Origin: a virus
Length of the DNA stretch: 64,000 bases
IMG/VR virus record: IMGVR_UViG_3300045988_107529
Coordinates: 1-64,000 of that record
Strand: one strand, 5' to 3'
Shown here: piece by piece, positions 52,687 through 63,007 of the stretch
Layout of the letters: every line of letters starts with the position of its first letter
Numbering within the stretch: the stretch's first letter is position 1
Notes under the pieces: model-generated
Told to the model about the DNA's origin: nothing
The model's input: only the letters and a program-made list of their open reading frames with translations
Databases searched by the model: none
Made by a program: the position numbers and the translations under genes

Positions 52687-52701
52687 TGTGAGGTGACAGA
52701 T

Positions 52702-53106
52702 ATGCCAGACACAATAGAATCTCCTGTATTAGAAGTTTTTTCAAGATGGGGAGCGGCTGTTTCTAAGATTACTGGCGCAGACAATTATTCCATGGATGGC
52801 AGTGAAACAAATGCTTCCGGTAAAAAAGCATATGCACAGCTTTATATGCTCGGGAATCCAATTACAAGAGGTGACCTTGAAGGGGATGAATGCGCAACAA
52901 TGCCATCATTTCAAGTAAATTGCTTCACCTCTGGGAGCAAAGCACTAACCAGAGTGTATGAATTAGATAAGATAAGTCACAAAGCTATGGTGAGCATGGG
53001 GTTCCATCGCACATACGGACCGGAGCCTATGTTTTTTGGTGACAGTGGAATCAAAAAGCTTGTGAGCCGATACAGCCGAATATATACAGGAACTTTATTA
53101 GATTAG
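52702..53106 (+). CDS. Tail-completion-type protein (134 aa)
   Basis: ATG after GAGGTG. The track start 52597 lies in the leader. Confidence 0.45.
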   Translation: MPDTIESPVLEVFSRWGAAVSKITGADNYSMDGSETNASGKKAYAQLYMLGNPITRGDLEGDECATMPSFQVNCFTSGSKALTRVYELDKISHKAMVSMGFHRTYGPEPMFFGDSGIKKLVSRYSRIYTGTLLD

Positions 53107-53158
53107 GAGCAGAAATGCTTCTATTTTTTTATCCAAAAATATGAAAGGAGAATGCCGA

Positions 53159-53371
53159 ATGAAAGCAGATAAATTACTTTGGCTGAAAGCAGCAGGAATT
53201 AGAGCTGTAAAAACAGTCGCACAAACAGCAATAGCAACCATCGGAACCGCAACTGTAATTGGCAGTGTTGACTGGAAAATGGTTTTATCCGCGTCTTTAC
53301 TTTCCGGCTTTTTATCACTGCTTACATCTGTAGCAGGATTACCAGAACTGAAAACAGACAAAGAAGAGTAG
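53159..53371 (+). CDS. Holin-like small membrane protein (70 aa)
   Basis: ATG after AAGGAG; ..IRAVKTVAQTAIATIGTATVIGSVDWKMVLSASLLSGFLSLLTSVAG. Confidence 0.45.
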   Translation: MKADKLLWLKAAGIRAVKTVAQTAIATIGTATVIGSVDWKMVLSASLLSGFLSLLTSVAGLPELKTDKEE

Positions 53372-53446
53372 AAAGGCGGTGATCCGCTATCTCCCGGCAC
53401 AGGGTTACGTGCATAAAACTTGAATTAAAGAAAGGAGCCTATCAAA

Positions 53447-53977
53447 ATGGCAGATTTAACAACACTTGGCGTAACTTTTCATTACGGTGTTGAAACCGCT
53501 AAAGGAACAAAGCCAACTGCATTTACCTGGTTAAAAAGATGTAGTTCCATTGGTGGAATTTCCCTTGACACAGAGCAGATTGACGTATCAGCTCTTGAAG
53601 ACTTCATTGCACAGTATGCGTCCGGTAGACAGGATACTGGTGGTACTTGGGATGTAACCTTCAATCTTAACGCTGATGTTATCACAGCATTAAAGAAGCT
53701 TATGACTGATGCGGCAACAGGAAAGCCAAAAGGATTTAGAGTTTGGTTTGAAGTTGTATTTCCAGACCTCGCTGATGCATTTTTTGTTATCGCAGACCCT
53801 GGAAAAAATATTCCATTGTCTGATATTGGACAGAATGAAGCAGCAACAATTCCGCTGTCTCTCATTATTCAGGAATATAAAGGTCTTGATACAAAAGTTG
53901 TTTCCGAAGAGCTTACACAGGCTTTAGACACCGCAAAAGCAGTAGCAGATTCCACAGGCGCAATGGCACTTAGCTAA
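53447..53977 (+). CDS. Major tail protein
   Basis: 176 aa; position upstream of the chaperone pair and the tape measure. Confidence 0.6.
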   Translation: MADLTTLGVTFHYGVETAKGTKPTAFTWLKRCSSIGGISLDTEQIDVSALEDFIAQYASGRQDTGGTWDVTFNLNADVITALKKLMTDAATGKPKGFRVWFEVVFPDLADAFFVIADPGKNIPLSDIGQNEAATIPLSLIIQEYKGLDTKVVSEELTQALDTAKAVADSTGAMALS

Positions 53978-54002
53978 CAAAATATATCGGGAGGATTATA
54001 AA

Positions 54003-54431
54003 ATGGTAACTTTCAATGTACATGGAAAAGAGTATAAGGTTGTATTTGGATATGGACTTCTTACAAAAACAGATGTGCTGGACAAGGTACAGGGGATTAC
54101 AGATGGAAAAGAGAGAAGCCTTCAGAAGATGATTTCTCTTCTCCCGGAACTGCTTCTTGCCGGACTTCAAAAGAAACACAAGGAAGAGTTTGGGTATGAA
54201 AGTGATTCTGAAAAAGAAGCTGTTCTTAATAAAGTCTGTGACCTTTTGGATGATTACGAAGATGAAGGGACTGAGGAAAATCCGAAAAGCGGATTTGATT
54301 TATACCAACTTCTCGACAAAGAATTGGAGAAAAATGGTTTTTTATCCGGTCTGCTGAATGCAGTAGCAGAAGCACAGGCAGTGGAGAAGAATGCAACGAA
54401 GCTTCCACAGGATCACAAAAAGAAAAATTAA
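54003..54431 (+). CDS. Tail assembly chaperone (G-like)
   Basis: 142 aa, acidic; followed by an overlapping -1 frame. Confidence 0.65.
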   Translation: MVTFNVHGKEYKVVFGYGLLTKTDVLDKVQGITDGKERSLQKMISLLPELLLAGLQKKHKEEFGYESDSEKEAVLNKVCDLLDDYEDEGTEENPKSGFDLYQLLDKELEKNGFLSGLLNAVAEAQAVEKNATKLPQDHKKKN

Positions 54432-54826
54432 CTTTTCGAGAAGTTGTTTACCAAGAGATTCTTCCTTTATACCTCTCTATCGGTGTATCTAAAGAAGAAT
54501 TTATGGATTCTACTCCGGCTGAGTTAAAACCTTATCTCGAAGCTGAAAAGATACGGCAAAAGAGAAAAGACACTGAGCTTTGGCAAGCGGGCATTTATGA
54601 AACATCAGCCACATTCACAGCTGTTGCAAATGCTTTAATTGGAAAAAAATCCAAGGCAGAGTATTTGAAGAAACCTTTGCTCGAATCAGCAGAGGAAGAA
54701 AAGCGTAAACAGGAAGGTATATTTTCCGAAGAAGAAAAGAAAAAACAGAGAAACGCACTTTTGGCAAGCTTGCAACTCATGCAGGCGAACTTTGAACTTA
54801 ACCATGAAAAGGGCAGGCAGGATTAA
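54003..54826 (+). CDS. Tail assembly chaperone G-T-like fusion via -1 frameshift
   Basis: The -1 frame is open from before 54401 through 54826. Shift at C-AAA-AAG (54416-54422) gives ..PQDHK/KEKLTFREVVYQE.. Confidence 0.5.
54416..54428 (+). promoter_or_regulatory. Candidate -1 slippery site CAAAAAGAAAAAT
   Basis: Lys codons AAA-AAG in the zero frame, immediately before stop 54429-54431. Confidence 0.5.
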
Positions 54827-54852
54827 CACTCTTGTCTGCCCTTTATTTTTTT
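54809..54852 (+). terminator. Hairpin plus T7 between the chaperone and tape-measure genes
   Basis: aagggcaggc / gtctgccctt followed by TATTTTTTT. Confidence 0.55.
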
Positions 54853-54875
54853 GTAAAAAAGGAGGGACAAATAAA

Positions 54876-57800
54876 ATGGCTGACAATACCATTGATACCC
54901 TTGATATACAAATTAGCAGTAGTACAGAAAAAGCAGTACGCGCGCTGACTAATCTTTCAAACAAACTCACAGAAGTTAATTCCGCATTAAGCGGAGTTAA
55001 TACAAATGGGCTACGTAGTTGTGTAAGGGAACTTGGAAAACTAAAAGAACTTGATATAGGGAAAATGACAAGCATTGCTGATGGAATTGGAAAATTCTCA
55101 AATTCCATAAAGACAATGGGTGAAGTAGATTATAAAGGTTCTGGACTGAATGCAGTTATCAACTCAATCAACAGACTTAGCCAGGTTGATGCTAGTGGAT
55201 TTGATTCTGGAAAACTTGGAGAAATAATCCATCAATTAAGCAATTTGACAGAGATTCCAGATGTATCTACCAGTGTTAATCGTTTTGTCAATTCAATGGC
55301 TAGATTAGCCAATTCCGGTGAATATATTGCAAATGTATCCGCTGAATTACCTGGGCTTGGAAGAAATCTTAAATCAATCGTAGAGAGCTTTACGAGCGTT
55401 GGCGATATATCTGAACCTGTAAATAGGTTAGTTCAGTCTATTGCACAATTGGCAAGTTCTGGAAATAGAATCGGACAAACGTCAAGCCAGCTTGGAACAC
55501 TAGCAAAGGAAGTATTGTCTTTCTTCGATGTAATGAAAACTGCACCTAAAATCAGTGAGAACACCATCCGCATGACGGAAGCACTGGCAAAGTTGGCTAA
55601 TGCAGGGGGAAAGGTAAATTCCGCTACAAATTCTATATCCAGTGCGTTTTCTAAATTATCATCTGCAACATCTAGCCTTGGTAATATTGTTAGTAAAACT
55701 TCTTCTATAATTGGAACCGGGGTAAAAGGCATTATTGGATGGTTTCAACGCCTTGGAAATGGTAGCTCTGGAATTAAAACTGCTTCTTTTAATCTCGGAA
55801 ATTTGCTTAAAACTGCTATCGGTTTTAAGGCTATTCGTGGTCTGGCAAATTTAGGAAAAAGTGCAATTGGTTTTGGCTCTGCTATTACAGAAATCGAAAA
55901 TGTTGTAGATGTTTCCTTTGGAAGCATGGCAGATGAAGCCTACAAATTTGCTTCTACGGCTAAAGAACAATTTGGATTATCCGAATTGGCAGCAAAGCAA
56001 TATTCTGGAACCATGATGGCAATGATGAAATCATCTGGTGTTGCGCAAGATGCAGCTTCTAAAATGTCAATTTCTCTTGCTGGATTAGCCGGGGATATTG
56101 CATCATTTTACAACATTGATACCGATACTGCTTTTCAGAAAATACGCGCTGGAATTTCCGGGGAAATTGAGCCTTTAAGACAATTGGGTATTAATTTATC
56201 CGTTGCAAACATGGAAGCTTACGCCCTTTCAAGGGGAATTACAACATCTTATAATGCAATGTCCCAAGCTGAAAAAGTTGCTCTTCGATACAACTATTTA
56301 ATGTCAGTTACAGGAGATGTGCAAGGGGATTTCGCCAGGACAAGCGGCACCTGGGCGAACCAGGTTCGTTTACTCACTCTGAACTTCCAGTCACTTTCCG
56401 CAGTAATCGGGCAAGGTTTGATTGCTGGCATTCTTCCTGCTATTCAAGCTCTCAATGCGCTTATGTCAAAACTTATGCAAGCTGCGAATGTGTTCCGTAA
56501 CTTCATGTATGTATTGATGGGAAAGAAGCTGAAAGGATCACAGGGTGGAGTTAGCGATATTGTATCTAACTTAGGGGGTATAGAAACAGCCGGTGATGAT
56601 GCTTCTTCCGGGCTTGATGACGCTACATCATCTGCAAAGAAGCTGAAAAAGGCACTTTCTGTATTACCATTCGACCAATTAAATCAGCTTGCTGATAACT
56701 CAAACGATTCCGGGACTGCATCTAAAAGCCTTGGTTCTGGACTTGGCGATTTGGCTGATAGCTTTGCAGGAATACAAGATTCCTTGGACGAAGTTTTGAC
56801 TGTCGATGAAACACCTATTAACAAATGGGCTTCCAAAATTAGAAAAGCATTCCTGGCGAAAGACTGGGAGGGTGTAGGAACTACTATTGCCGATATGCTT
56901 AATCTCGGAATGAGCAAGGTGTATGAGGTTATTAACTGGAAAAATGTTGCCCCGAAAATAACTGAGTTTACAGACGCATTTACAAGAGCATTCAATTCAT
57001 TAAATACCAGACTTGATTTTGACTTGCTTGGAAGAACTATCGGGACGGGAATCAACACAGCTGTAAATACTCTTAATCAGCTTATTGGTGATGGCGGTAT
57101 TGATTTTGGATTAATCGGCAGAAATATTGGTGATGGGTTAATCGGCGCACTGGATGAAATCAACTGGACTAATCTGGGTGAATTGCTTGGAAATAAGTTT
57201 ATGATTTCCTGGAAAATGCTATCTGGATTTGTAAAACGTATGTCAGAAGAGGACGGTGCTGGTGTAACTGGTTGGGATAAGCTTGGTAGTTCACTTGGAA
57301 AAGCTTTAAATGGCGCTGTGTCCAAAATTTCCATGAAGGATATTGCAGATTCTTTATCTGGAATTTTAAATGGAGCGTTTAGAAGCTTGGCTGCGTTTAC
57401 CAAAACTGTAAACTGGGATGAACTTACTAATAATATCACAGAGGGAATTTCTACTTTCTTGAAAAAAACAAACTGGAAAGAAAATGGACAAGCACTTGGA
57501 GATTTCATATCTCACCTGTGTACGGCGTTGAAAAATACGCTTACAAAAGACACTTTCTATGAATTTGGACAAGGAGTTGGAACATTCCTTGGTGAATTAC
57601 CATGGGGTGAAATCCTTAGTACCGCAGCTGATCTGCTATTAACTGGTCTTACCAGTGCATTAAACGGATTATTCGATGGATTAGAGGAAAAGCACCCGAT
57701 AGCCGGACATATTGCAGAATGGCTTACAAAAGCATTTATTGCAGTAAAAATAGCAAATATTACAGGTATTGGAACTCTTGTTGGTTCACTTGTGGGACAT

Positions 57801-59540
57801 ATTGCAGGAAAAATAGCTGAAAAGAAAAATGCAGAACTAATTGCAGATAAACTTGCAACTGTTTTAGGAGATGGAACAAGTGGAGCAAAAGAAGCAATAA
57901 AAGATTTAGGGGATGAAGCAGAAGCAGCAGGAAATGGCGGGTTTACTACACTTGCAGAAAAGATAAAAAATCTCGGTGATGTCGCACAAACAGCTGGTGG
58001 ACAATTCCAAGGATTTTGGGGATACGCAACCAATTTGGGTGCGACTGCATTTGTCGTGGAAGGTCTTGGACAGGTAAAAAAAGCTATGGACTTTAAAGAT
58101 TCCACAGCTGACGCATTCAACGATTTTGAAGTTGTTAGAAAAGCATTGAAAATCATCGAAGACCAAACTGGAATCTCTGGTGATAAACTTATCGGACTTG
58201 GCGGTGATTTAAAAAATGTGAAAGACAATGCATTTGATTTTGATGGACAGCTCCAAACTGTAGAAACATCACTTGAAAATCTCGGAATTTCTTCTGATAC
58301 ATTTAAGCAAGCATTAAAACAAGCAATGGAGGAATCTGATACCTCTACAAATTCTCATGTAAGCAATATTAATGAATATATCGGTACGATGGGGACAGAA
58401 TTTGATAATGCGAAATCTGCACTGGAAAGACTTTCAGATCAAGCAGTAATCACTCCAACGCAGTTTGATGAATTAAGTACTGTCCTTCAACAGCAAGAAT
58501 CATCTGGTGCAACAGCTAGAGCTGCATTCCAAGCATTGATGGATAAAATGGCAGAGATGGGAATTGACACAAGAAAAGTTATAAAAGCTTTTTCAGAAGA
58601 TGTTCCGAAAGCTTCATCAACAATGAGCAAATCAGTTGCAACAGCATCCGAATCCGTATCATCCAAGACAAAAACTGGCTTTGGTCTCGCCAATACCGCC
58701 GTAAGTACGGCAATGGCTGGGATGAAAAAAAGCACAGAAAGCACAATGCCTTCTATTTGGTCGAAGATAAAGAACACGAATGATGATGTTGAAACCAACT
58801 CTAAAACCAACTGGGAAAATTCTGCAAGTGCTGTATCGACAGCCCTCGGAACCATGGACACCGATACAAAAGATGTAATGGGTAAAGTTATGACAACCAT
58901 CCAAAGTTATTGGTCTTCCGTTCTTATCAATACAAACCAGATTTGGGAAAAGGCTTCTGGAAAAGTTGACACGGAAACTGGAAAAATGAAAACCTACACA
59001 GAATCTAATTTGTCGGGGATTTCGGATAAAATTAAAAGACTATTTAATGTTAATCTTACATCAATTGGTCGGGAAACGGCTCAATCATTTGCCGATGGCA
59101 TGAAACAAGTGCACTTGCCAACTCTGACTTATTATATTTCAGAGTGGAGAAAACATGATCTTGGTGGTGGAAGAACCAGTTCTACACCAGTTTACAAGCC
59201 TAATTGGTACGCCAAAGGTGGTCTTTTCAACGGCGCACAGGTAATCGGTATCGGTGAAGCCGGTTCCGAAGCCGTTCTTCCTCTGGAAAATCCACGAACC
59301 ATGAAGAAGATCGCAGACAGCATTGTTTCTAGTTCGGACGGAAGCATGGGACTTACAAAAGAAGAAATGGCAAAAGCAGTAGCACAGGGCGTTGCAATGG
59401 CAATGAGTATGAACAGCGGAAATAACAATCCGCAGTACATTATGAATAGCATTATTCTGGACGGAAGCGAGATTGCAAAAGCAGTAACAAAAGCCCAAAA
59501 TGATACAGATAGCCGTTTCAAACCGTCCCCGGCATATTGA
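54876..59540 (+). CDS. Tail tape measure protein
   Basis: 1554 aa from ATG 54876 (SD GGAGGG). Long Ala/Gly/Ser/Leu-rich helical protein after the chaperones. Confidence 0.85.
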   Translation: MADNTIDTLDIQISSSTEKAVRALTNLSNKLTEVNSALSGVNTNGLRSCVRELGKLKELDIGKMTSIADGIGKFSNSIKTMGEVDYKGSGLNAVINSINRLSQVDASGFDSGKLGEIIHQLSNLTEIPDVSTSVNRFVNSMARLANSGEYIANVSAELPGLGRNLKSIVESFTSVGDISEPVNRLVQSIAQLASSGNRIGQTSSQLGTLAKEVLSFFDVMKTAPKISENTIRMTEALAKLANAGGKVNSATNSISSAFSKLSSATSSLGNIVSKTSSIIGTGVKGIIGWFQRLGNGSSGIKTASFNLGNLLKTAIGFKAIRGLANLGKSAIGFGSAITEIENVVDVSFGSMADEAYKFASTAKEQFGLSELAAKQYSGTMMAMMKSSGVAQDAASKMSISLAGLAGDIASFYNIDTDTAFQKIRAGISGEIEPLRQLGINLSVANMEAYALSRGITTSYNAMSQAEKVALRYNYLMSVTGDVQGDFARTSGTWANQVRLLTLNFQSLSAVIGQGLIAGILPAIQALNALMSKLMQAANVFRNFMYVLMGKKLKGSQGGVSDIVSNLGGIETAGDDASSGLDDATSSAKKLKKALSVLPFDQLNQLADNSNDSGTASKSLGSGLGDLADSFAGIQDSLDEVLTVDETPINKWASKIRKAFLAKDWEGVGTTIADMLNLGMSKVYEVINWKNVAPKITEFTDAFTRAFNSLNTRLDFDLLGRTIGTGINTAVNTLNQLIGDGGIDFGLIGRNIGDGLIGALDEINWTNLGELLGNKFMISWKMLSGFVKRMSEEDGAGVTGWDKLGSSLGKALNGAVSKISMKDIADSLSGILNGAFRSLAAFTKTVNWDELTNNITEGISTFLKKTNWKENGQALGDFISHLCTALKNTLTKDTFYEFGQGVGTFLGELPWGEILSTAADLLLTGLTSALNGLFDGLEEKHPIAGHIAEWLTKAFIAVKIANITGIGTLVGSLVGHIAGKIAEKKNAELIADKLATVLGDGTSGAKEAIKDLGDEAEAAGNGGFTTLAEKIKNLGDVAQTAGGQFQGFWGYATNLGATAFVVEGLGQVKKAMDFKDSTADAFNDFEVVRKALKIIEDQTGISGDKLIGLGGDLKNVKDNAFDFDGQLQTVETSLENLGISSDTFKQALKQAMEESDTSTNSHVSNINEYIGTMGTEFDNAKSALERLSDQAVITPTQFDELSTVLQQQESSGATARAAFQALMDKMAEMGIDTRKVIKAFSEDVPKASSTMSKSVATASESVSSKTKTGFGLANTAVSTAMAGMKKSTESTMPSIWSKIKNTNDDVETNSKTNWENSASAVSTALGTMDTDTKDVMGKVMTTIQSYWSSVLINTNQIWEKASGKVDTETGKMKTYTESNLSGISDKIKRLFNVNLTSIGRETAQSFADGMKQVHLPTLTYYISEWRKHDLGGGRTSSTPVYKPNWYAKGGLFNGAQVIGIGEAGSEAVLPLENPRTMKKIADSIVSSSDGSMGLTKEEMAKAVAQGVAMAMSMNSGNNNPQYIMNSIILDGSEIAKAVTKAQNDTDSRFKPSPAY

Positions 59541-59801
59541 TTTTTGACTGATTGTGTGGTATGATTTCTTTAATGAAGAAGTACACACGGTTTTGATTTT
59601 TGAGCCGCTAAGAAGAAATTAATATTTCTCGATTTTGAGGAATTTTTATCTTACTTGGCGGCTCTTTTTTATTTTAACCGTTAATTTTGGTAAAACCAAC
59701 AGGCTAGACCGATCATCGAAAAGCGGAAATGCCTTGCCGCCTGCCTGTTGATTTACATACAGTTCAAGGCACTCTTTTATACGAAAGGCAGGTATCAATC
59801 T

Positions 59802-60170
59802 ATGGCAAAGAGTTTTAATTATCGGAAGTATTACAAAGAATACTATGGAATTGAGTTTGACAGCAGTTATGTAATTCACCATATAGACTTTGATAGAAGC
59901 AATAATGACATAAATAACTTGCTGCTGCTTCCAGGAAAACTGCATAGCAGATATCATTTTTTACTAAATGGATTTGATCTCGGAAAAGAACAAAAGAAAG
60001 GAACTGTAAGCCTAGATTTCAAAATCGTTTCTGAATGCGGGCATATTCCTATGTTTGGAATTAATATGATGAAAAATCTTTGCGAAACAATGGAAGAGAT
60101 TGATAAATGGGTAAGAATAAAATCCGACATGGATAGGGCAAAATACAATAAAGAAGTATATGGTATTTAA
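59802..60170 (+). CDS. HNH endonuclease
   Basis: VIHHIDFDRSNNDINNLLLLPGKLHSRYH. Confidence 0.7.
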   Translation: MAKSFNYRKYYKEYYGIEFDSSYVIHHIDFDRSNNDINNLLLLPGKLHSRYHFLLNGFDLGKEQKKGTVSLDFKIVSECGHIPMFGINMMKNLCETMEEIDKWVRIKSDMDRAKYNKEVYGI

Positions 60171-60282
60171 TAATTGGTAAAATCAGTGGGCTAGGGTAGC
60201 TCCCGAAAGTCTCACCTCCGAGAGATTGCCTACTGTTTTTATATTATCGGAGAAGTTTTTAGATATACGGAGGTTATCTAGC

Positions 60283-61359
60283 ATGAGAAAAGAACAGTTT
60301 GTTTCCGAAAGAAGAGAAAGAGATTTCACGGGGGTATTTATACCGTCAAAATTATATCTTACAAATAAATTCAGCCCAAGAGAAAAATTTTTATTAGTGG
60401 AAATACATAGTCTTCGCAAAAGAGATAAAAGCGGTGATTGTTTTGCGAGCAATCGGCATTTTGCTGATTTTATTGGTGTGTCCGAACGTACTATTCAGTC
60501 AATGCTAAATGGGTTAAAACAGAATGGTTATATAACTTCATGGTATGAATATGAAAAAGATAATCCAAAAGTAATAAAGCATAGACACCTTATTCTCACA
60601 GAAAAATTTTATGAAGAATTTATAAATGAGCATGAGCAAAAAGATCAGCCCGAACGTGGTGAGAAAAAACGCATGGGGGATGGTGAGAAAAACTGCACCT
60701 TCCGTGGTGAGGAAAACTGCGTGGATAAGTATAACAGTGAAATAAGTATAACAGATATAGATAAGAAAACAGAACCAGACTTTATTGATAATAAAGAAAA
60801 AAAGACTTTATCTTATACAGATAAAGATAATCAGACTTCTGCTCCTAATAATTATAATAAATTAAATATATATAATATACCTCCTAGAACCAAGGAGCAG
60901 AAAGCCAACCGCTATAATTCAAGGAACCAATCATCTATCTTAGATTATAAAGACGAAGATGTTGAGAAATTGGTAACTGAAATATACGAAAGCATTTACG
61001 GAACAAAAGAGAATATTTTTGAAGACCATGACATTTGCTTATCTATATTCTTGATTACAGAGTTTTTCAAGAAATATCAAAAATACCGTGAAAAGAAACA
61101 TCCGATGGTTACGCCAAACCAAGCCGAAAATATTCTGAAAATGGTACGCAATCCAGACACAGATATGGCAAAAGATGATTTGGTTGACGATAAAGAGGAA
61201 CCACTGTTCTATCTTGACATGATGGAGGAACATTTTAAGACAAAGTGGGGAAAAAGAAATGGCGGAGATTTTGATTATAGAATCATGTTATTTTTTAAGG
61301 ACACCACACAAAATATGCTATATCAAAGAGTGAAACAAAAAAGGGAGGACACACTATGA
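60283..61359 (+). CDS. Winged-helix/HTH protein (replication-initiator- or DnaD-like N-domain)
   Basis: 358 aa from ATG 60283 (SD GGAGG). ..REKFLLVEIHSL..CFASNRHFADFIGVSERTIQSMLNGLKQNGYI. Confidence 0.5.
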   Translation: MRKEQFVSERRERDFTGVFIPSKLYLTNKFSPREKFLLVEIHSLRKRDKSGDCFASNRHFADFIGVSERTIQSMLNGLKQNGYITSWYEYEKDNPKVIKHRHLILTEKFYEEFINEHEQKDQPERGEKKRMGDGEKNCTFRGEENCVDKYNSEISITDIDKKTEPDFIDNKEKKTLSYTDKDNQTSAPNNYNKLNIYNIPPRTKEQKANRYNSRNQSSILDYKDEDVEKLVTEIYESIYGTKENIFEDHDICLSIFLITEFFKKYQKYREKKHPMVTPNQAENILKMVRNPDTDMAKDDLVDDKEEPLFYLDMMEEHFKTKWGKRNGGDFDYRIMLFFKDTTQNMLYQRVKQKREDTL

Positions 61360-61988
61360 AAAGAATCAAAGCACTACTGGCAACTATTATCTGTATCTGC
61401 ACTATCACATGGCTAACAGGCTGTGCAGCGAATGACGATTACATGAATGACGTGAAAGGAAATCTTTCTGGAAACAGCTACACAATCTATACCTACGATA
61501 ACTACGGCAAAAAGGTTATGACCACCACTGGGGACAAGATTAATATTTCCGGGAATAAAACGAAATCTAAGGGCTACGATAGCGAGGGTAACGAAACAAC
61601 CAGCTATGATGTATCTTCCGTCATTACAATTCTGATAGACGGTAAAGAAATTGAAAGTTGTGGTGATACTTGTATTTTTGAGCAAAAAGGATTGAAGCCG
61701 GAGGTTGATTTTACCCAGGAAGATATTACCAGCCATTCAACCGGGAAGATTTCAGAGAATGCATACATAGCCGGGATTGTGAATTATTATAAAAATTATT
61801 TTGGGAAATCTAGGGTTGTAGTAATTAAATCCCAACTTGGACAACCAATAGCCGCATATTCTGGTGACGAGGTGTTCTGGAAAATCCCGGACGATCTACC
61901 TAAAATGACAAAGTTAATGATTGACGGAAAAGCTCTTTATATCCACAGGGCAAATTTCCAGATTATTGATAAAGAATTACTGAGATAA
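61356..61988 (+). CDS. Lipoprotein (210 aa)
   Basis: Signal peptide plus lipobox WLTGC. Confidence 0.7.
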   Translation: MKRIKALLATIICICTITWLTGCAANDDYMNDVKGNLSGNSYTIYTYDNYGKKVMTTTGDKINISGNKTKSKGYDSEGNETTSYDVSSVITILIDGKEIESCGDTCIFEQKGLKPEVDFTQEDITSHSTGKISENAYIAGIVNYYKNYFGKSRVVVIKSQLGQPIAAYSGDEVFWKIPDDLPKMTKLMIDGKALYIHRANFQIIDKELLR

Positions 61989-62095
61989 AATAATCAAATC
62001 CGTTTCAAAATCTCTCACCAGATAAAATATAGGAATAAGCCAAGAAAATTGAAATTTGAACAAAGAAATTAATTAATTGTGGAGAATTAAAACAT

Positions 62096-62428
62096 ATGAG
62101 TCAAATAGGAACAGAACTTCCGACAGAATATTCAGACCGTTTCGATGAATTACGCCAGAATAGGGTTGAGGTAAGTTTTTACAAATATGGTACAGCAAAG
62201 GATAACTTCGGGGAGAAGTTGGTAAACGCCTTGGAATCCCACGATATGTGCATCAAAAAGTATCGTGAGACAGGAAACACAGAATATCTTTGCGATGCAG
62301 CTAATTATTTGATGTTTGAGTTTATGTATCCTCAAATTCCGGGTGCATACTTCAAGACAACAGACAGCGGAGAAAGTGCCGGAGTTGCCGGAACACCGAT
62401 TAATCAGCTGAAAGAGAAGTGGTATTAA
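62096..62428 (+). CDS. Hypothetical protein (110 aa)
   Basis: Intact ORF; ..NTEYLCDAANYLMFEF... Confidence 0.55.
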   Translation: MSQIGTELPTEYSDRFDELRQNRVEVSFYKYGTAKDNFGEKLVNALESHDMCIKKYRETGNTEYLCDAANYLMFEFMYPQIPGAYFKTTDSGESAGVAGTPINQLKEKWY

Positions 62429-62451
62429 CGAAAAGGAGATATGAAAACATA

Positions 62452-62739
62452 ATGAACAGACCATTATTTGAGCCAGGAGACATTGTACAGCACTTTAAGA
62501 GAGAAACCATCAAGGAGCCACGCAACAACGAGTATTTGTATAAGTTTATCGGATATGCCAGACATACAGAAACAGGGGAAGATTTGGTAGTATACAGAGC
62601 TTTGTATGGCGGTAAGGAACTATTTGCCAGGCCAACAAAGATGTTTTATAGCAAGGTAGATTGGAACAAATACCCAGAAATAAAGCAAGAGCATAGGTTC
62701 GAGAAATATCATGGGGTTCTTTACGCTGATGGACTTTAA
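62452..62739 (+). CDS. DUF1653-like protein
   Basis: ..YKFIGYARHTETGEDLVVYRALYG..LFARPTKMF. Confidence 0.55.
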   Translation: MNRPLFEPGDIVQHFKRETIKEPRNNEYLYKFIGYARHTETGEDLVVYRALYGGKELFARPTKMFYSKVDWNKYPEIKQEHRFEKYHGVLYADGL

Positions 62740-62944
62740 ACAGACTTACTTTTCCATCTGGCAAGATATATGGAATCTCCACAAGAAGTATGCTTTTATC
62801 TCAAAAGACGATATTCCACAGTGGGAAAATCTCACCATGGAAGCAAAGCAGATTCACGATAAATACACTGATTCGGTTGGTGCGAAATTTGCCGAAGCTC
62901 TTTTGTTTGCCGTAACTGCGGAAATTGATAGAAAAGCGAAATAG
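62711..62944 (+). CDS. Hypothetical protein (77 aa)
   Basis: Intact ORF overlapping the previous gene end. Confidence 0.5.
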   Translation: MGFFTLMDFKQTYFSIWQDIWNLHKKYAFISKDDIPQWENLTMEAKQIHDKYTDSVGAKFAEALLFAVTAEIDRKAK

Positions 62945-63007
62945 GACTTCCAGAATACGTCCCAAGGTGGTAAAATATGGGTATCAAATATTGGGAGGTA
63001 CGTATGT

